64,000 bases of DNA from an uncultured bacterium (GTDB lineage: Bacteria; Patescibacteriota; Minisyncoccia; Phycocordibacterales; DATDWN01), in assembly GCA_903870365.1 (NCBI GenBank), contig CAIQCQ010000038.1, positions 7,478 through 71,477 on the forward strand, written 5' to 3'. The number at the start of each line of letters is the position of its first letter. Positions within the stretch are counted from its first letter, which is position 1. The translations under genes and the position numbers were made by a program. The notes below the pieces were generated by a model. That model worked only from the letters and a program-made list of their open reading frames with translations, was not told the DNA's origin and ran no database searches. Shown here piece after piece: positions 27,745 through 38,259 of the stretch.

Positions 27745-29907
27745 TTAGTTATAGCCATGGGCAGTAGCCCAGGCTCTAACCCCATACTCCCAGTATTTAA
27801 ACTGTGGATCCTGATTTGGATCAGCCGGCTGTGGTCCACGAGGATCGTCCTTGTTTACCCAATAGAGAATAGAGTGCACTCCACCTGTTAACGTCTCCTG
27901 AATCGAATTGTAGGGCATATTAGGGTCTGCTGTCTGTGACTGTGTAATATTTGAAATACCTCCTTGCCATTTACCACGCAAAACAGGTTTGAGATCATAA
28001 GAATTAGTGTCTTGAGGTTTGGTAAAGGTGTCAGTCGTTGGATACTTACTGACTATTTGATCCATAAAAGCTCGCCACATAGGCACAACAATCAAACCAG
28101 ACACTTTATGTGCCATCGGAGTGTTGTCGTTGTTTCCAGCCCAGGTGCCAACCACTAGGTCTGGTGTATAGCCAATAACCCACGCATCTCGGTAGTCGTT
28201 GGTCGTACCAGTCTTGGCAGCGACATCACGACCAGGGAAGTAGAGTCCAGAGTTGGCACCATAGAGTGGTGTACGAGCGACATTATCAGAGAGGACGTCT
28301 GTAATTTCTCTGGAAACTTGTGGATCAAGCACTTGGTCACTCTTTGGCGCGTACTGTTCGAGGATATTTCCTTGTGCATCATCAATCTCGAGAATACTGG
28401 TGTATGGATTGCGCACACCATCGTCAGCAAAAACACCATATGCCGAAGTCATATCAAGCAGAGAGACTTCACCACCTCCCAGTACCAAGGTGAGGCCGTA
28501 TTGGTTTGGATTACCAAGCGAGGTAATACCCATACTTTCAGCCAAGTCGATAGAATCTTGAACACCAGCGAGATACATCAGTTTGACTGAGGGCACGTTG
28601 ATTGACTGAGCGAGGGCGTCTCGAGTGGTCATGGGACCACGAAAATTGTCGTCGTAGTTGACCGGTGCATAACAACCATTTTCACTGGTAAAATTATCAA
28701 CCGCACATGTGGTTTGAAACTGAGTGGGAACGTCGAAGAGGACTGTGTCGGGTGTGTAGCCTTTAATATAGGCTTCAGCGTACACAAATGGTTTAAAGGC
28801 GGATCCTGGCTGACGGTGTGAGGTGGCCACATTAAACTGCCCATCTATTTCTGTATCAAAAAAATTTCGTGAACCAACCATGGTGAGGATTTGTCCAGTT
28901 TTTGGGTCAATAGCCACAAATGCATCATTGGAACCATTAAAGTTTTTCTCGTTTGAAGTGGCGTATTGTAATGCTACCGCTTCAGCTTTTTGTTCCATAT
29001 CATAATCAAGAGTAGTGATCACTTTGAGACCACCATTTTGTAATACATCGTCACCATATTTTTGTTGGAGATAATTCATCACATACGTCACAAAATGGGG
29101 GGCTTTGATACCAGCGTCTGTTTTTGGAAGGAAGGACACGGTTTCTTTTTGGGCCTGTGTGTATTGATCCTGTGTAATATAGCCATTATTGAGCATTTCC
29201 TTTAAGACAACATTTTTACGAGCATCAAGATCTGCTTTGTGTGTGCCATATGGGGAATAGTACGATGGAGCTTGGGGCATAGAAGCAAGATATGCAGCTT
29301 GGGCAATATCCACATCAGACGCACTAATACCAAAATACGCTTCACTAGCTTCTTCGACACCATAGTTACTCCCACCATAGGGAATAGCATTGAGATATGT
29401 GTTAAAAATTTGATCTTTTGTCTCAGCTTTTTCTAATTTGAAAGAGAGGATAAGCTCTTTTAATTTACGAACAGGACTTTTGTCATTTGTGAGAAGAGTG
29501 TTTTTAACTACTTGTTGAGTAATAGTTGAACCACCCTGACTAAAAGAAAGGGAGGTGATGTTTACAAGGAGAGATCGAAGAATAGAAGTAAAAACAACGG
29601 CTCCATGAGTATAGAAATTTCTGTCTTCGATAGAGAGAGTGGCTTGTTTAATATACGGAGAAATATTTTCAAAAGGGATAACCGTCCTTTTTTTGTCTTG
29701 AAAGATATCGTACAAGACAATTTTCCCCGTACGATCGTATATTTTGGTAGATTGAGTAACTTGGGCTTGTTGAATACTGTCTATACTAGGGATTTTAATA
29801 TTGGCAAGCCAAATAAGAATGATACCAATAAGGATGGCAAAAATACCACAAAGAAAAAGAAAAATATTTTTCCATCCTGTTAGAGTTTTTGGTAATGAAC
29901 GTTTCAT
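27745..29907 (-). CDS. Class A penicillin-binding protein (PBP1A family)
   Basis: EDRNFYTH, QGGSTITQQ, RKLKE, RQPGSAFKPF (SxxK), SIN, KTGT. Confidence 0.95.
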   Translation of the reverse strand: MKRSLPKTLTGWKNIFLFLCGIFAILIGIILIWLANIKIPSIDSIQQAQVTQSTKIYDRTGKIVLYDIFQDKKRTVIPFENISPYIKQATLSIEDRNFYTHGAVVFTSILRSLLVNITSLSFSQGGSTITQQVVKNTLLTNDKSPVRKLKELILSFKLEKAETKDQIFNTYLNAIPYGGSNYGVEEASEAYFGISASDVDIAQAAYLASMPQAPSYYSPYGTHKADLDARKNVVLKEMLNNGYITQDQYTQAQKETVSFLPKTDAGIKAPHFVTYVMNYLQQKYGDDVLQNGGLKVITTLDYDMEQKAEAVALQYATSNEKNFNGSNDAFVAIDPKTGQILTMVGSRNFFDTEIDGQFNVATSHRQPGSAFKPFVYAEAYIKGYTPDTVLFDVPTQFQTTCAVDNFTSENGCYAPVNYDDNFRGPMTTRDALAQSINVPSVKLMYLAGVQDSIDLAESMGITSLGNPNQYGLTLVLGGGEVSLLDMTSAYGVFADDGVRNPYTSILEIDDAQGNILEQYAPKSDQVLDPQVSREITDVLSDNVARTPLYGANSGLYFPGRDVAAKTGTTNDYRDAWVIGYTPDLVVGTWAGNNDNTPMAHKVSGLIVVPMWRAFMDQIVSKYPTTDTFTKPQDTNSYDLKPVLRGKWQGGISNITQSQTADPNMPYNSIQETLTGGVHSILYWVNKDDPRGPQPADPNQDPQFKYWEYGVRAWATAHGYN

Positions 29908-30067
29908 ATATATAAAATTAAGAATGTGTGATTTTTTGGTGGCACAAAACTAAATATGCAAAACTCTAACAAGACCGACCCCACTTTTTGTATAACTTTT
30001 ACCTTGAGAAATGTGCGTATGCATTAGAGTGGATTATACAGGTAAATGTGTTAGTATTCTAGTTACT

Positions 30068-31303
30068 ATGGTTTTTTTCGGTGCAAAAAAAGTAAGTAAG
30101 GTGGATACTGATCCTCAAAAAATTGAGGAATTGTTAACTCGCGGAGTAGAAAATATTTTTCCAAATAAAGATTTTTTGAAAAAAAAGTTGTCTGAGGGTA
30201 TACAAATGACTTTTTATTATGGTATTGATCCAACAGGACCAACTATTCATGTGGGACACCTCATTTCTATTCGGAAGCTTGCTCAACTACAAAAACTTGG
30301 ACACAAAATAATTTTTTTAATTGGTGACTTTACTGCCATGATCGGTGATCCGACAGATAAAGTGGCAACTCGTAAAAAACTGTCTCGCAAGGAAGTGTTG
30401 TTAAATTGTAAAAATTATCAGAAACAGATTGCACACATTATTTCTTTTTCAGGTTCAAATAAAGCTCTTGTAAAATATAACTCTGAATGGTTGTCCAAAA
30501 TGTCTTTCCAAGATGTTGTTGAACTTGCATCACATTTTACTGTACAGCAAATTCTTGAACGTGATATGTTTGAAAAACGTATTGAAGAAGGTAAGCCTGT
30601 ATACATGCATGAGTTTTTATATCCGTTGATGCAGGGATATGATTCTGTTGCTATGGGTGTTGACGGTGAACTTGGTGGTAATGATCAAACATTTAACATG
30701 TTGGCGGGGCGCGACCTCATGAAAACTTTGCAAGGAAAAGAGAAGTTTGTGCTCGTTTCAAAACTATTGGTGGACCCAACTGGTAAGAAGATGGGGAAGA
30801 GCGAAGGAAATATGGTTGCACTCGATCAAACTCCAGAAGATATGTTTGGTAAGGTGATGAGTTGGTCTGATGGAATGATCGTACCCGCATATGAAATTGT
30901 GACAGATATTCCAATGAGTGAGATTGAAACAATTAAAAAAAATATCGAAGCTGGGGCAAATCCTCGAGATGCCAAGGTTGGATTGGCTCAGGAAATTGTC
31001 GCTATGTGTTTTGATGTGGACGCGGCAGAAAAAGCAAAAAATAATTTTGAAAAAACTTTTTCAAAAGGTGAAATACCAGAAAACATTCAACAAGTTGTCG
31101 TGGCTCATGGGGAAGTGCTTGGAGATGTGTTGGTGACCAATAAAATAATTGATTCAAAAACAGAATTTAAACGACTTGTGGATGAGGGGGCCATTATGAA
31201 TATGGAAACTTCTAAAAAGGTGACTGAGTGGTCTGCTCTGGTGGAAAAGGGGACATATAAGATAGGGAAGAAGAGATTCGTGAGGGTAGTCACTAGTCAC
31301 TAG
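30068..31303 (+). CDS. tyrS: Tyrosine--tRNA ligase
   Basis: GIDPTGPTIHVGH, YPLMQGYD, GGNDQTFN, KMGKS, C-terminal S4-like domain; start moved to ATG 30068. Confidence 0.96.
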   Translation: MVFFGAKKVSKVDTDPQKIEELLTRGVENIFPNKDFLKKKLSEGIQMTFYYGIDPTGPTIHVGHLISIRKLAQLQKLGHKIIFLIGDFTAMIGDPTDKVATRKKLSRKEVLLNCKNYQKQIAHIISFSGSNKALVKYNSEWLSKMSFQDVVELASHFTVQQILERDMFEKRIEEGKPVYMHEFLYPLMQGYDSVAMGVDGELGGNDQTFNMLAGRDLMKTLQGKEKFVLVSKLLVDPTGKKMGKSEGNMVALDQTPEDMFGKVMSWSDGMIVPAYEIVTDIPMSEIETIKKNIEAGANPRDAKVGLAQEIVAMCFDVDAAEKAKNNFEKTFSKGEIPENIQQVVVAHGEVLGDVLVTNKIIDSKTEFKRLVDEGAIMNMETSKKVTEWSALVEKGTYKIGKKRFVRVVTSH

Positions 31304-31448
31304 TCACTAGTCACAAGGCATTAGTAAAAAATCGTCCAAACGGACGATTTTTGTTTCCTCTATTGACTATTGCCTTGTGCCTATAAAATTCTCTTCGCCT
31401 CAGGAATACCTGATGCATAAGTGTTCGTTGTGGAGTACCACAACTCCC

Positions 31449-31742
31449 TTACCACTCCGGTCCATCACTAAATTCTTCATCTTCCATCTCTACTTCCTCA
31501 TCTTCATCAGGTAATTCAACATCTGGAAGTAATGGATCTTTTTCTAACAAAGATTCTTCAGGACTAACTTCGGCCACTTCTACCTCGACATCATCAACCT
31601 CACCTTCAATATGGAGACCTTTCTTCTTGAGATTTTTTGGGTCGATATCATCACCCTCTTCGTCACTATCATCATCAGCTTCATCCATCGCTTCTAATGG
31701 ATCTTCTTTTTCTTCATCAGCTATGTTATTTTTTTTCGCCAT
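31449..31742 (-). CDS. Highly acidic small protein
   Basis: MAKKNNIADEEKEDPLEAMDEADDDSDEEGDD...EDEEFSDGPEW, ~97 aa. Confidence 0.7.
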   Translation of the reverse strand: MAKKNNIADEEKEDPLEAMDEADDDSDEEGDDIDPKNLKKKGLHIEGEVDDVEVEVAEVSPEESLLEKDPLLPDVELPDEDEEVEMEDEEFSDGPEW

Positions 31743-31845
31743 ACATGTATTAAAGTTTTTTATAAAATATAGAATATTATATTTGTAACAAATATCAGAT
31801 TTTTTGCAATCATTTTTTAAATAACTTTTCCACAGTTGTGAAAAA

Positions 31846-32331
31846 TTAACTTCGGTTTTTAAAATCTGATGCAAAAAATGTTAATCCAATAGCAATTGCG
31901 TCAAACTCATCATCTGAACTTATTTTTTTATCTACCACAATCAAACGAGGAACCATGAGGGCAATTTGTTTCTTTTCACTTCGCCCATATCCGGTGACCG
32001 CTATTTTGATTTGAAGCGGAGTATACTCATAAATAGAAAGATCTGCAACTGTCGCTTCATAGAGGATGACACCACGGGCTTCGGCCACAGCCAGAGCTGT
32101 TTTTTGGTTGGTATTAAAGAAAAGTTTTTCGATACTTAAGCACGTCGGTTTCCATTCTTCGATAATATTATGTACTTTTTGACCAATAAGGAAAAGTCTT
32201 TCAGGGTGGGGGAGTTTGGCTGAGGTTTTAAAGCATTCGGAATAGAGGAGTGTTTCTTTGCCACGAGGGATTTTCTCCAAAATTGCAATTCCAACTCTTT
32301 CATAACCTGGGTCGATTGATAGGATAATCAT
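31846..32331 (-). CDS. ruvC: Holliday junction resolvase RuvC
   Basis: ILSIDPG, IEKLFF, AEARGV, YTPLQIK, DDEFDAIAI. Confidence 0.95.
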   Translation of the reverse strand: MIILSIDPGYERVGIAILEKIPRGKETLLYSECFKTSAKLPHPERLFLIGQKVHNIIEEWKPTCLSIEKLFFNTNQKTALAVAEARGVILYEATVADLSIYEYTPLQIKIAVTGYGRSEKKQIALMVPRLIVVDKKISSDDEFDAIAIGLTFFASDFKNRS

Positions 32332-32513
32332 AATTTTAAATTTCGAATTTCCAATTTCGACATTGTTTTCTTACGAGCAAGACGAGTTAGAAATACAAGA
32401 AGTACTCTTGTGGTGGAAACAATTTCGAATTTTTGAATGATTAAATTTAAAATTAATTCATTAAAACATTGTTTCGAAATTCAAAATTCAAAATTCGAAA
32501 TTCGAAATTTATC

Positions 32514-33044
32514 TCACTCAGCATTCGTATATACATCTTGCACCTCATCACAATCATCAAGGGCATCAACAAGCTCACCCAGTTTTTCCCCGTCCTCTTC
32601 TGAGATAGGAACCATGGTAGTAGCCTTCCACTCCATATCTGGTGTTCGTTCAAAAGCCCAACTAGCAGAGCCCATACCTGCTAATTCAAAACCATGCAAA
32701 GACAACGCATGTTTAATATCCTGAGCGGCTTTGTTGCGGTTGTCAGTGAGTGCCTCAATAATCATAGCGCATCCTCCGGGTCCGTATGCTTCATAGGTGA
32801 TGCTTTCCATGGCCGCACCTGCTTCAGTCGACTTTTTGATAGCTCGCTCTATGTTGTCGTTGGGTACGTTTTCAGCCTTGGCTTTTTCAATAGCAGTCTT
32901 CAGACCAGGGGAATTGCGGTTACCACCAGCTTTTTTAGCTTCGACAGTAATCATTTTGACGATTTTACTAAAAATCTTGGATTTTTGAGCATCCGTCTTT
33001 TCCTTTTGCCTTTTAATTTTTGACCATTTATTGTGTCCTGACAT
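32514..33044 (-). CDS. yebC: YebC/PmpR family protein (short form)
   Basis: MSGHNKWSKIK, YEAYGPGG, LTDNRN, DEVQDVYTN. Confidence 0.95.
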   Translation of the reverse strand: MSGHNKWSKIKRQKEKTDAQKSKIFSKIVKMITVEAKKAGGNRNSPGLKTAIEKAKAENVPNDNIERAIKKSTEAGAAMESITYEAYGPGGCAMIIEALTDNRNKAAQDIKHALSLHGFELAGMGSASWAFERTPDMEWKATTMVPISEEDGEKLGELVDALDDCDEVQDVYTNAE

Positions 33045-33129
33045 ATATGGATAGAATATAGAAATTAGAAATAAGAATCAAGTAAAAAGGGAAACTCACA
33101 GTTTTCCGCGAGTTTATAGGTATTTACAA

Positions 33130-33255
33130 AAAACTTTCATAATCTGGACAGGGTCGCGTATAAATATCAAAAAATATTCGTAGACGTATTAGACATACGG
33201 CGGAGAATATTTTTTGATATTTAGACGATGAGATTGCGCCAGATTTGGAAGTTTT
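33130..33255. repeat. Dispersed modular hairpin copy between ruvB and yebC
   Basis: IR aaaactt..aatctgg/ccagatt..aagtttt; ggtcgc/gatgagat loop; apex attcgtagacgtat-tagac-atacggcggagaat. Confidence 0.8.
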
Positions 33256-34264
33256 ACAGTAATGTCGGTGGTGTGAGACCGAGATGCTTGTACCCCAATG
33301 CCGTCACAATGCGTCCGCGGGGTGTGCGGTCAATAAAACCAATCTGCATAAGGTATGGTTCATTAAACTCTTCAATTGTCGCTTCTTCTTCGGATAGTGA
33401 CGATGCAATGGTATTGAGGCCGACTGGACCACCATTGAATTTATGGATGATGGTATTGAGGATTTCACGGTCTGCAGAGGTCAGACCAACTTGGTCCACC
33501 CCAAGGAGAGCGAGGGCTTGTTTGACCACATCTCTGTCCAAATCTTTTTTTTGCATCTGGCCGTAGTCACGAACCCGTTTCAAAAAGTAGTTAGCGGTAC
33601 GAGGTGTGTAGCGGCTGCGACTAGAAATTTCTTCGGTGGCATCTGGGTGGATAGTGACGCCAAGAATTTTAGCTGAACGATTGACGATAGCACCGATCTC
33701 TTCGGGTGTATAAAATTCTAATTTAAAGATACCACCAGAAAAACGGGAACGAAGGGGAGAGGAGATCATGGCAATACGAGTGGTGGCAGCAATGAGGGTA
33801 AAGGGTGGTAGTTCGAGCTGTATGGTACGAGCACTCGGTCCTTTGCCAATAATGATATCAAGCGAGCCAGATTCCATGGCAGGATAGAGAATTTCTTCAA
33901 TAGTTTTGTTCAAGCGATGGATTTCGTCGATAAATAAAATGTCTCCTGGTGAGAGGTTGGTTAGGATAGACGCCAGGTCACCGACACGTTCGATAGCTGG
34001 TCCAGAGGTTGATTTCATCTGCGCACCAAGCTCTTTGGCGATGAGATGGGCGAGAGTGGTCTTACCAAGTCCCGGAGGTCCATAAAAGAGGATGTGTTCT
34101 GGTGGGTGATTGCGTTCTTTTGCTGCACCAAGGAGGATTTTGAGATTGTTTTTGATATTTGCTTGACCAATGTAGTCGTCCCAGAGTGTCGGACGGAGTG
34201 TGGTATCGAGAAATGTACCATCACCACCAATCTCACGAGTTTTTTTGTCAGTAGTTTCAGTCAT
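33254..34264 (-). CDS. ruvB: Holliday junction branch migration helicase RuvB
   Basis: LRP, YGPPGLGKTT, FIDEIHRL, LYPAME, RTPRGR; start moved to ATG 34264. Confidence 0.97.
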   Translation of the reverse strand: MTETTDKKTREIGGDGTFLDTTLRPTLWDDYIGQANIKNNLKILLGAAKERNHPPEHILFYGPPGLGKTTLAHLIAKELGAQMKSTSGPAIERVGDLASILTNLSPGDILFIDEIHRLNKTIEEILYPAMESGSLDIIIGKGPSARTIQLELPPFTLIAATTRIAMISSPLRSRFSGGIFKLEFYTPEEIGAIVNRSAKILGVTIHPDATEEISSRSRYTPRTANYFLKRVRDYGQMQKKDLDRDVVKQALALLGVDQVGLTSADREILNTIIHKFNGGPVGLNTIASSLSEEEATIEEFNEPYLMQIGFIDRTPRGRIVTALGYKHLGLTPPTLL

Positions 34265-34653
34265 GACGGTATTATATAGCAAGAAATATCTTTGTCGAAA
34301 CAGGAAAGAAGAAAAAAGAAATAGAAAAATAATAAACAAGAGGGAATCGTAGTAAAACTGTGTTTCTTCTTCCGTATCTCGTCTTTCTTTCAAGAGGGTT
34401 GACAGAAAATGTATAATATGCTAGACTCTCCCTGGAGCTGTCGGTTTGCATATTTGCGAACTGACACGCTTTTTTCTTTGTCTATTTTTCAGGAAATAAA
34501 TGTCCGAGCGACTGGGCCTTTGGTTTACGAGTGTATTTCACGAGGACGCTCTGGTGTTTGCTTTACGGCCACCTCTGGAGCTATCCTTTGTCAATCATTT
34601 AACTTTCTTTAATTTTATTGAAAGTGTCGCTCGGACATTTATGTTCTGAAAAC

Positions 34654-34757
34654 CTCGAGATATTTCAAAAAAGATTCACGGATAAATTTTTGCTAAAATT
34701 TTCCTCGTGCTCGGCTCAGTCATCCTCGCAAGGAACTTTTTTCGAAACATCTCTCGG
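34654..34757. repeat. Hairpin copy related to the 27129 and 53201 copies
   Basis: IR gagatatttc/gaaacatctc; minus strand ccttgcg...gaggaaaatttt-agc-aaaatttatccgtg. Confidence 0.65.
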
Positions 34758-34883
34758 AAGTGCTACGATATCTGTGTATCATTATTCATAAATAGCGTCG
34801 GTAGTGCAAGTCATTTTTACACTACACCTCATAAAAATATCCCCGTCACAGTTGACGGGGATATTTTTATGTCTCAGGTATTT

Positions 34884-36560
34884 TTATTCCATCTCCACGT
34901 CTACAATTCTCTGTAATTCGTCAAGTGAAGTCACTCCTTGGAGGACTTTTAAAATACCATCTTGTTCAAGTGTCAGAATGTTTTGTGGTGCAGCAGCTTT
35001 TTTGATTTCTCGTTCACTTGGATTTTCGCGCAAGACTTTTTCAATCGCTTCATCCATAAGGATGGCTTCATAGATACCGACACGGCCTTTGTATCCAGTG
35101 TTGTGACAAACAATACAACCGACTCCGCGATAGACATGATCGGTGCTCACCTCATCGAGATATGTTTTGTCGGTAATGCCAGCCAAAACATTGTCGATAA
35201 TTTTTTTTTCATCAGCTGTTGGTACGTCAGTTTTTTTACACTCAGTGCAAAGTTTTCGCACGAGACGCTGTGCCATCGCCACATTGATGGCAGATGAAAG
35301 TATTTTTGGATTAACTTTCAGATCAATCAAACGGGGGAAGGTACCAGCGGCATTGTTGGTGTGGAGTGTTGAAAAGACGAGGTGGCCAGTCAAAGCGGAG
35401 TTTACCGCAATCTCAGCCGTCTCTTCGTCACGAATTTCACCAACCATAATGATATCTGGGTCTTGGCGAAGTGCGCTGCGGAGACCTTCAACAAAGGTGT
35501 AGTTTTTCTTTTCGTTTGTTTGGGTTTGAGTAATGCCGGGCAGGTGGTATTCAATCGGGTTTTCAATGGTAATGATTTTCACACCAGGGACGTGGACTGT
35601 TTTCAGGAGAGCGTAGAGCATGGTGGTTTTACCACTACCAGTCGGACCGGTGTTGAGGAGCATACCGTTTGGTTTAGAAATTTCGTGCAAAATAATTTTC
35701 AATAATCGTGGGTGAACACCGAGAGATTCGATCGGTACAGCAATAGACTGAGGATTCAAAATACGCATAACCACAGAGGCATCATACGCTCCAGGTAGTA
35801 GTGATGTTCGCACCTCGATCTCAGAGCTGTTTAGTTTGATAGAGAAACGACCATCCTGGGCATCAGAGATGTTCAGTTTGAGGTTGGAGATAAGTTTGAT
35901 ACGAGACAGAAGGAGTTTGAATGTCTCATTGTCAAAATCAAGCATGTCTGTCAACACACCATCGAGGCGGTATCGAAGGCGAACGTAGTTTTCTTCTGGT
36001 TCGAGGTGGACATCAGATGCTCCAGTAGCAATAGCTCCGGCAATGATGATTTCTAAAATACGAGAAATACGAAAGCCTTTTTTCATGGCCAATGTTTCGG
36101 TGATGAGGGTGGTGACATCGGCGAGGGAGTGCACTTCGGCTAAAAAGTCGGTAATTTGTTCATTGGAAATATCGAGGGCGCCACTTTTTGTTTCGAAAGA
36201 AAACGACAAGTCTTTGTAGCGATCCCATACTTTGTTTAAACTTTGGTGCGAGACCATGTGGAGCGTGGGTAGAAAACCTTTTTTCTTGAGTTTGTCGACG
36301 GCAGTTTGGGTCAGCTCGTTGTTTGGAGAAAGGACACCGACATCAATACGTTTGTCCACGATATTAAAGACGGCCAATTGGGCTTCACGAGCTTCTAGTT
36401 CAGAAATACAACGAAGGGCATCAATATTGATGGGTGCAATACTGAGATCTAAATAGGGAAGTCCATATTTTTGAGCCATAGCTTGACTCAAATCCTCTTC
36501 TTCACGTTTGCGAAGATCATCAACACGTCTGTTTTGTTTGTCTTCGTTAAAGTCGATCAT
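34884..36560 (-). CDS. pilB: Type IV pilus assembly ATPase PilB/GspE family
   Basis: ASDVHLEP, RYRLDG, QDGRF, TGPTGSGKTT, LRQDPDIIMVGEIRD, TGHLVFSTLHTN, tetracysteine motif. Confidence 0.92.
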   Translation of the reverse strand: MIDFNEDKQNRRVDDLRKREEEDLSQAMAQKYGLPYLDLSIAPINIDALRCISELEAREAQLAVFNIVDKRIDVGVLSPNNELTQTAVDKLKKKGFLPTLHMVSHQSLNKVWDRYKDLSFSFETKSGALDISNEQITDFLAEVHSLADVTTLITETLAMKKGFRISRILEIIIAGAIATGASDVHLEPEENYVRLRYRLDGVLTDMLDFDNETFKLLLSRIKLISNLKLNISDAQDGRFSIKLNSSEIEVRTSLLPGAYDASVVMRILNPQSIAVPIESLGVHPRLLKIILHEISKPNGMLLNTGPTGSGKTTMLYALLKTVHVPGVKIITIENPIEYHLPGITQTQTNEKKNYTFVEGLRSALRQDPDIIMVGEIRDEETAEIAVNSALTGHLVFSTLHTNNAAGTFPRLIDLKVNPKILSSAINVAMAQRLVRKLCTECKKTDVPTADEKKIIDNVLAGITDKTYLDEVSTDHVYRGVGCIVCHNTGYKGRVGIYEAILMDEAIEKVLRENPSEREIKKAAAPQNILTLEQDGILKVLQGVTSLDELQRIVDVEME

Positions 36561-36654
36561 GTGTTAAGTGTAACAAAAAAAAGTTTATAAATATATAAAT
36601 CTACGAATGATGTGGAACTATGAATATTTACGAATAAAGACGGATTTTATTTAG

Positions 36655-36683
36655 TTGACAAAATTTATAAAAGGTGATACAAT
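36655..36683 (+). promoter_or_regulatory. sigma70 promoter with extended -10
   Basis: TTGACA-17nt-TACAAT with TG upstream; AGGAGG before ATG 36708. Confidence 0.65.
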
Positions 36684-36707
36684 TAAATTAGGAGGGTCGG
36701 AAGACCT

Positions 36708-37469
36708 ATGTTCAATTCAAAAGGTACTATCGCAGTTCTCGTAATTCTTTTTTCGCTTTCGGCCTTCGGGCAGGAGGTGAAAGGATGGGAGACGGCTTCT
36801 CAGGAAGTCGTCGCACCAGCAACTCCAACTACCACAGCAACCCAACAGGCTGTCACGACACCCGTGACACCTCTGCCGGCTCAAACCAAGGAACAACCAG
36901 TCAAAAAAGCTGGGAGTTTCTCTGACATCTGTACTAACCCGCAGACTGTCGAAGACAAAGCAATTTGTCGTCGCGCAGCACAAATCGAGGCAGAGAAATC
37001 TGCTAAGGTCGCTCGGGCGGAGAAGGAGAAGAAGGCGACGCCTGCCGAAAAACAAGCCATGAAGGAAATGGCCAAGGTGAAGAAAAGACAGAACGAAGCT
37101 CTCAAAGAGATGAGAGATGCCTTCCTTCAGGCCAATGTCCAAGGATGTAAACCTGGAAGTGTGATAGTGACACCGTTCGTCACACATTTCTACAATGGTA
37201 ATGGGCCTTGGTTGGAGGTCACTGTTTACAATAAGAGTTTGAACACTGTCGATATATCTTCTGGAAAATGGACATGGATCAGAAATCTCTGTCCCGGCGG
37301 TTCAGCTACTTTTGTCCGACCATTTGTTTCCGGAGAGGTGCCGGATCAGACTTTTGTTCTGGTTGCTCGCAATACAAAGGGGCAGACGGCTCATAGTCAA
37401 GAGTATCTTTTGTCGGTGAATAATTATTATCACCGGCAGGAACGGTGGGACATCGACCTACTTAATTAG
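36708..37469 (+). CDS. Secreted hypothetical protein
   Basis: Signal peptide, Pro/Thr linker, Ala/Lys/Glu helix, beta-rich C-terminus with Cys pairs. Confidence 0.7.
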   Translation: MFNSKGTIAVLVILFSLSAFGQEVKGWETASQEVVAPATPTTTATQQAVTTPVTPLPAQTKEQPVKKAGSFSDICTNPQTVEDKAICRRAAQIEAEKSAKVARAEKEKKATPAEKQAMKEMAKVKKRQNEALKEMRDAFLQANVQGCKPGSVIVTPFVTHFYNGNGPWLEVTVYNKSLNTVDISSGKWTWIRNLCPGGSATFVRPFVSGEVPDQTFVLVARNTKGQTAHSQEYLLSVNNYYHRQERWDIDLLN

Positions 37470-37572
37470 TTCTTGTTTCTAAATCAGCGCCTTTGGGTCA
37501 ATCCCCCGAGGCGCTTTTTCGTATCAAAAATATGTTTGACCAAAATATTATCGAGAGTATAGTGTATCTGGA

Positions 37573-38259
37573 GTGAATATAGATATACAAAAAAATAAAA
37601 ACAAAAGATTACTCATTTTTGCCTCGGGGTCAAAAGACGGTGGGGGATCTGGTTTTGCAAAACTGGTAGAAGCCCGTGATGCTGGAGTATTACAGGCAGA
37701 CATTGTTGGGGTGGTCTCTAATCATGAACATGGTGGGGTGTATGAAAAAGCAGTCAAATTAAACATTCAATTTTACTATTTTCCCTTACCTCGAGAAGCA
37801 GAGGACTATCAAAAACTGGTGACTCAAACTGGTGCAGATTACGTGGCTTTGTCTGGCTGGCTCAAACTAGTCCGTGGGTTGGATCCTCAGACGACTTTTA
37901 ACATCCACCCTGGGCCACTGAGACGGTTTGGTGGAGCAGGTATGTATGGTCACCACGTTCATGAAGCGGTGATCGAGGCGTATAAAGCTGGCACTGTCAC
38001 ACATGCCGGTGTCTCGATGCACTTTGTGACTGAAAAGTTTGATGAAGGTCCGTTATTTTTTGAAGTGGCTGTGGCTATACATCCAGATGACGACGCTTTG
38101 AAACTGGGGGCACGAGTCAATCGAGCGGAACATGTCTACCAACCAATGGTTACTGATGCGGTGGTCAATGGTCGGATACACTGGGATGGCAAGAACAAAG
38201 CATCACTCGTGGTGCCAGACGAATTTACGAATTTACCGGTGTTTGATGATAGTGAGTAA
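37573..38259 (+). CDS. purN: Phosphoribosylglycinamide formyltransferase-like
   Basis: FASGS..GGSG, VVSN, LSGW, NIHPG, FGGAGMYGHHVH, HFVTEKFDEGP, EH. Confidence 0.85.
   Translation: MNIDIQKNKNKRLLIFASGSKDGGGSGFAKLVEARDAGVLQADIVGVVSNHEHGGVYEKAVKLNIQFYYFPLPREAEDYQKLVTQTGADYVALSGWLKLVRGLDPQTTFNIHPGPLRRFGGAGMYGHHVHEAVIEAYKAGTVTHAGVSMHFVTEKFDEGPLFFEVAVAIHPDDDALKLGARVNRAEHVYQPMVTDAVVNGRIHWDGKNKASLVVPDEFTNLPVFDDSE

Noticed and set aside
31287..31315. Tandem and dispersed repeats as a CRISPR array
   Set aside because: Units are 7 nt with no spacers, the hairpins are dispersed, and no cas genes are present.
32437..32724. ORFs with KFEIRN-like repeats near yebC
   Set aside because: Translation of the intergenic heptamer array plus antisense yebC.
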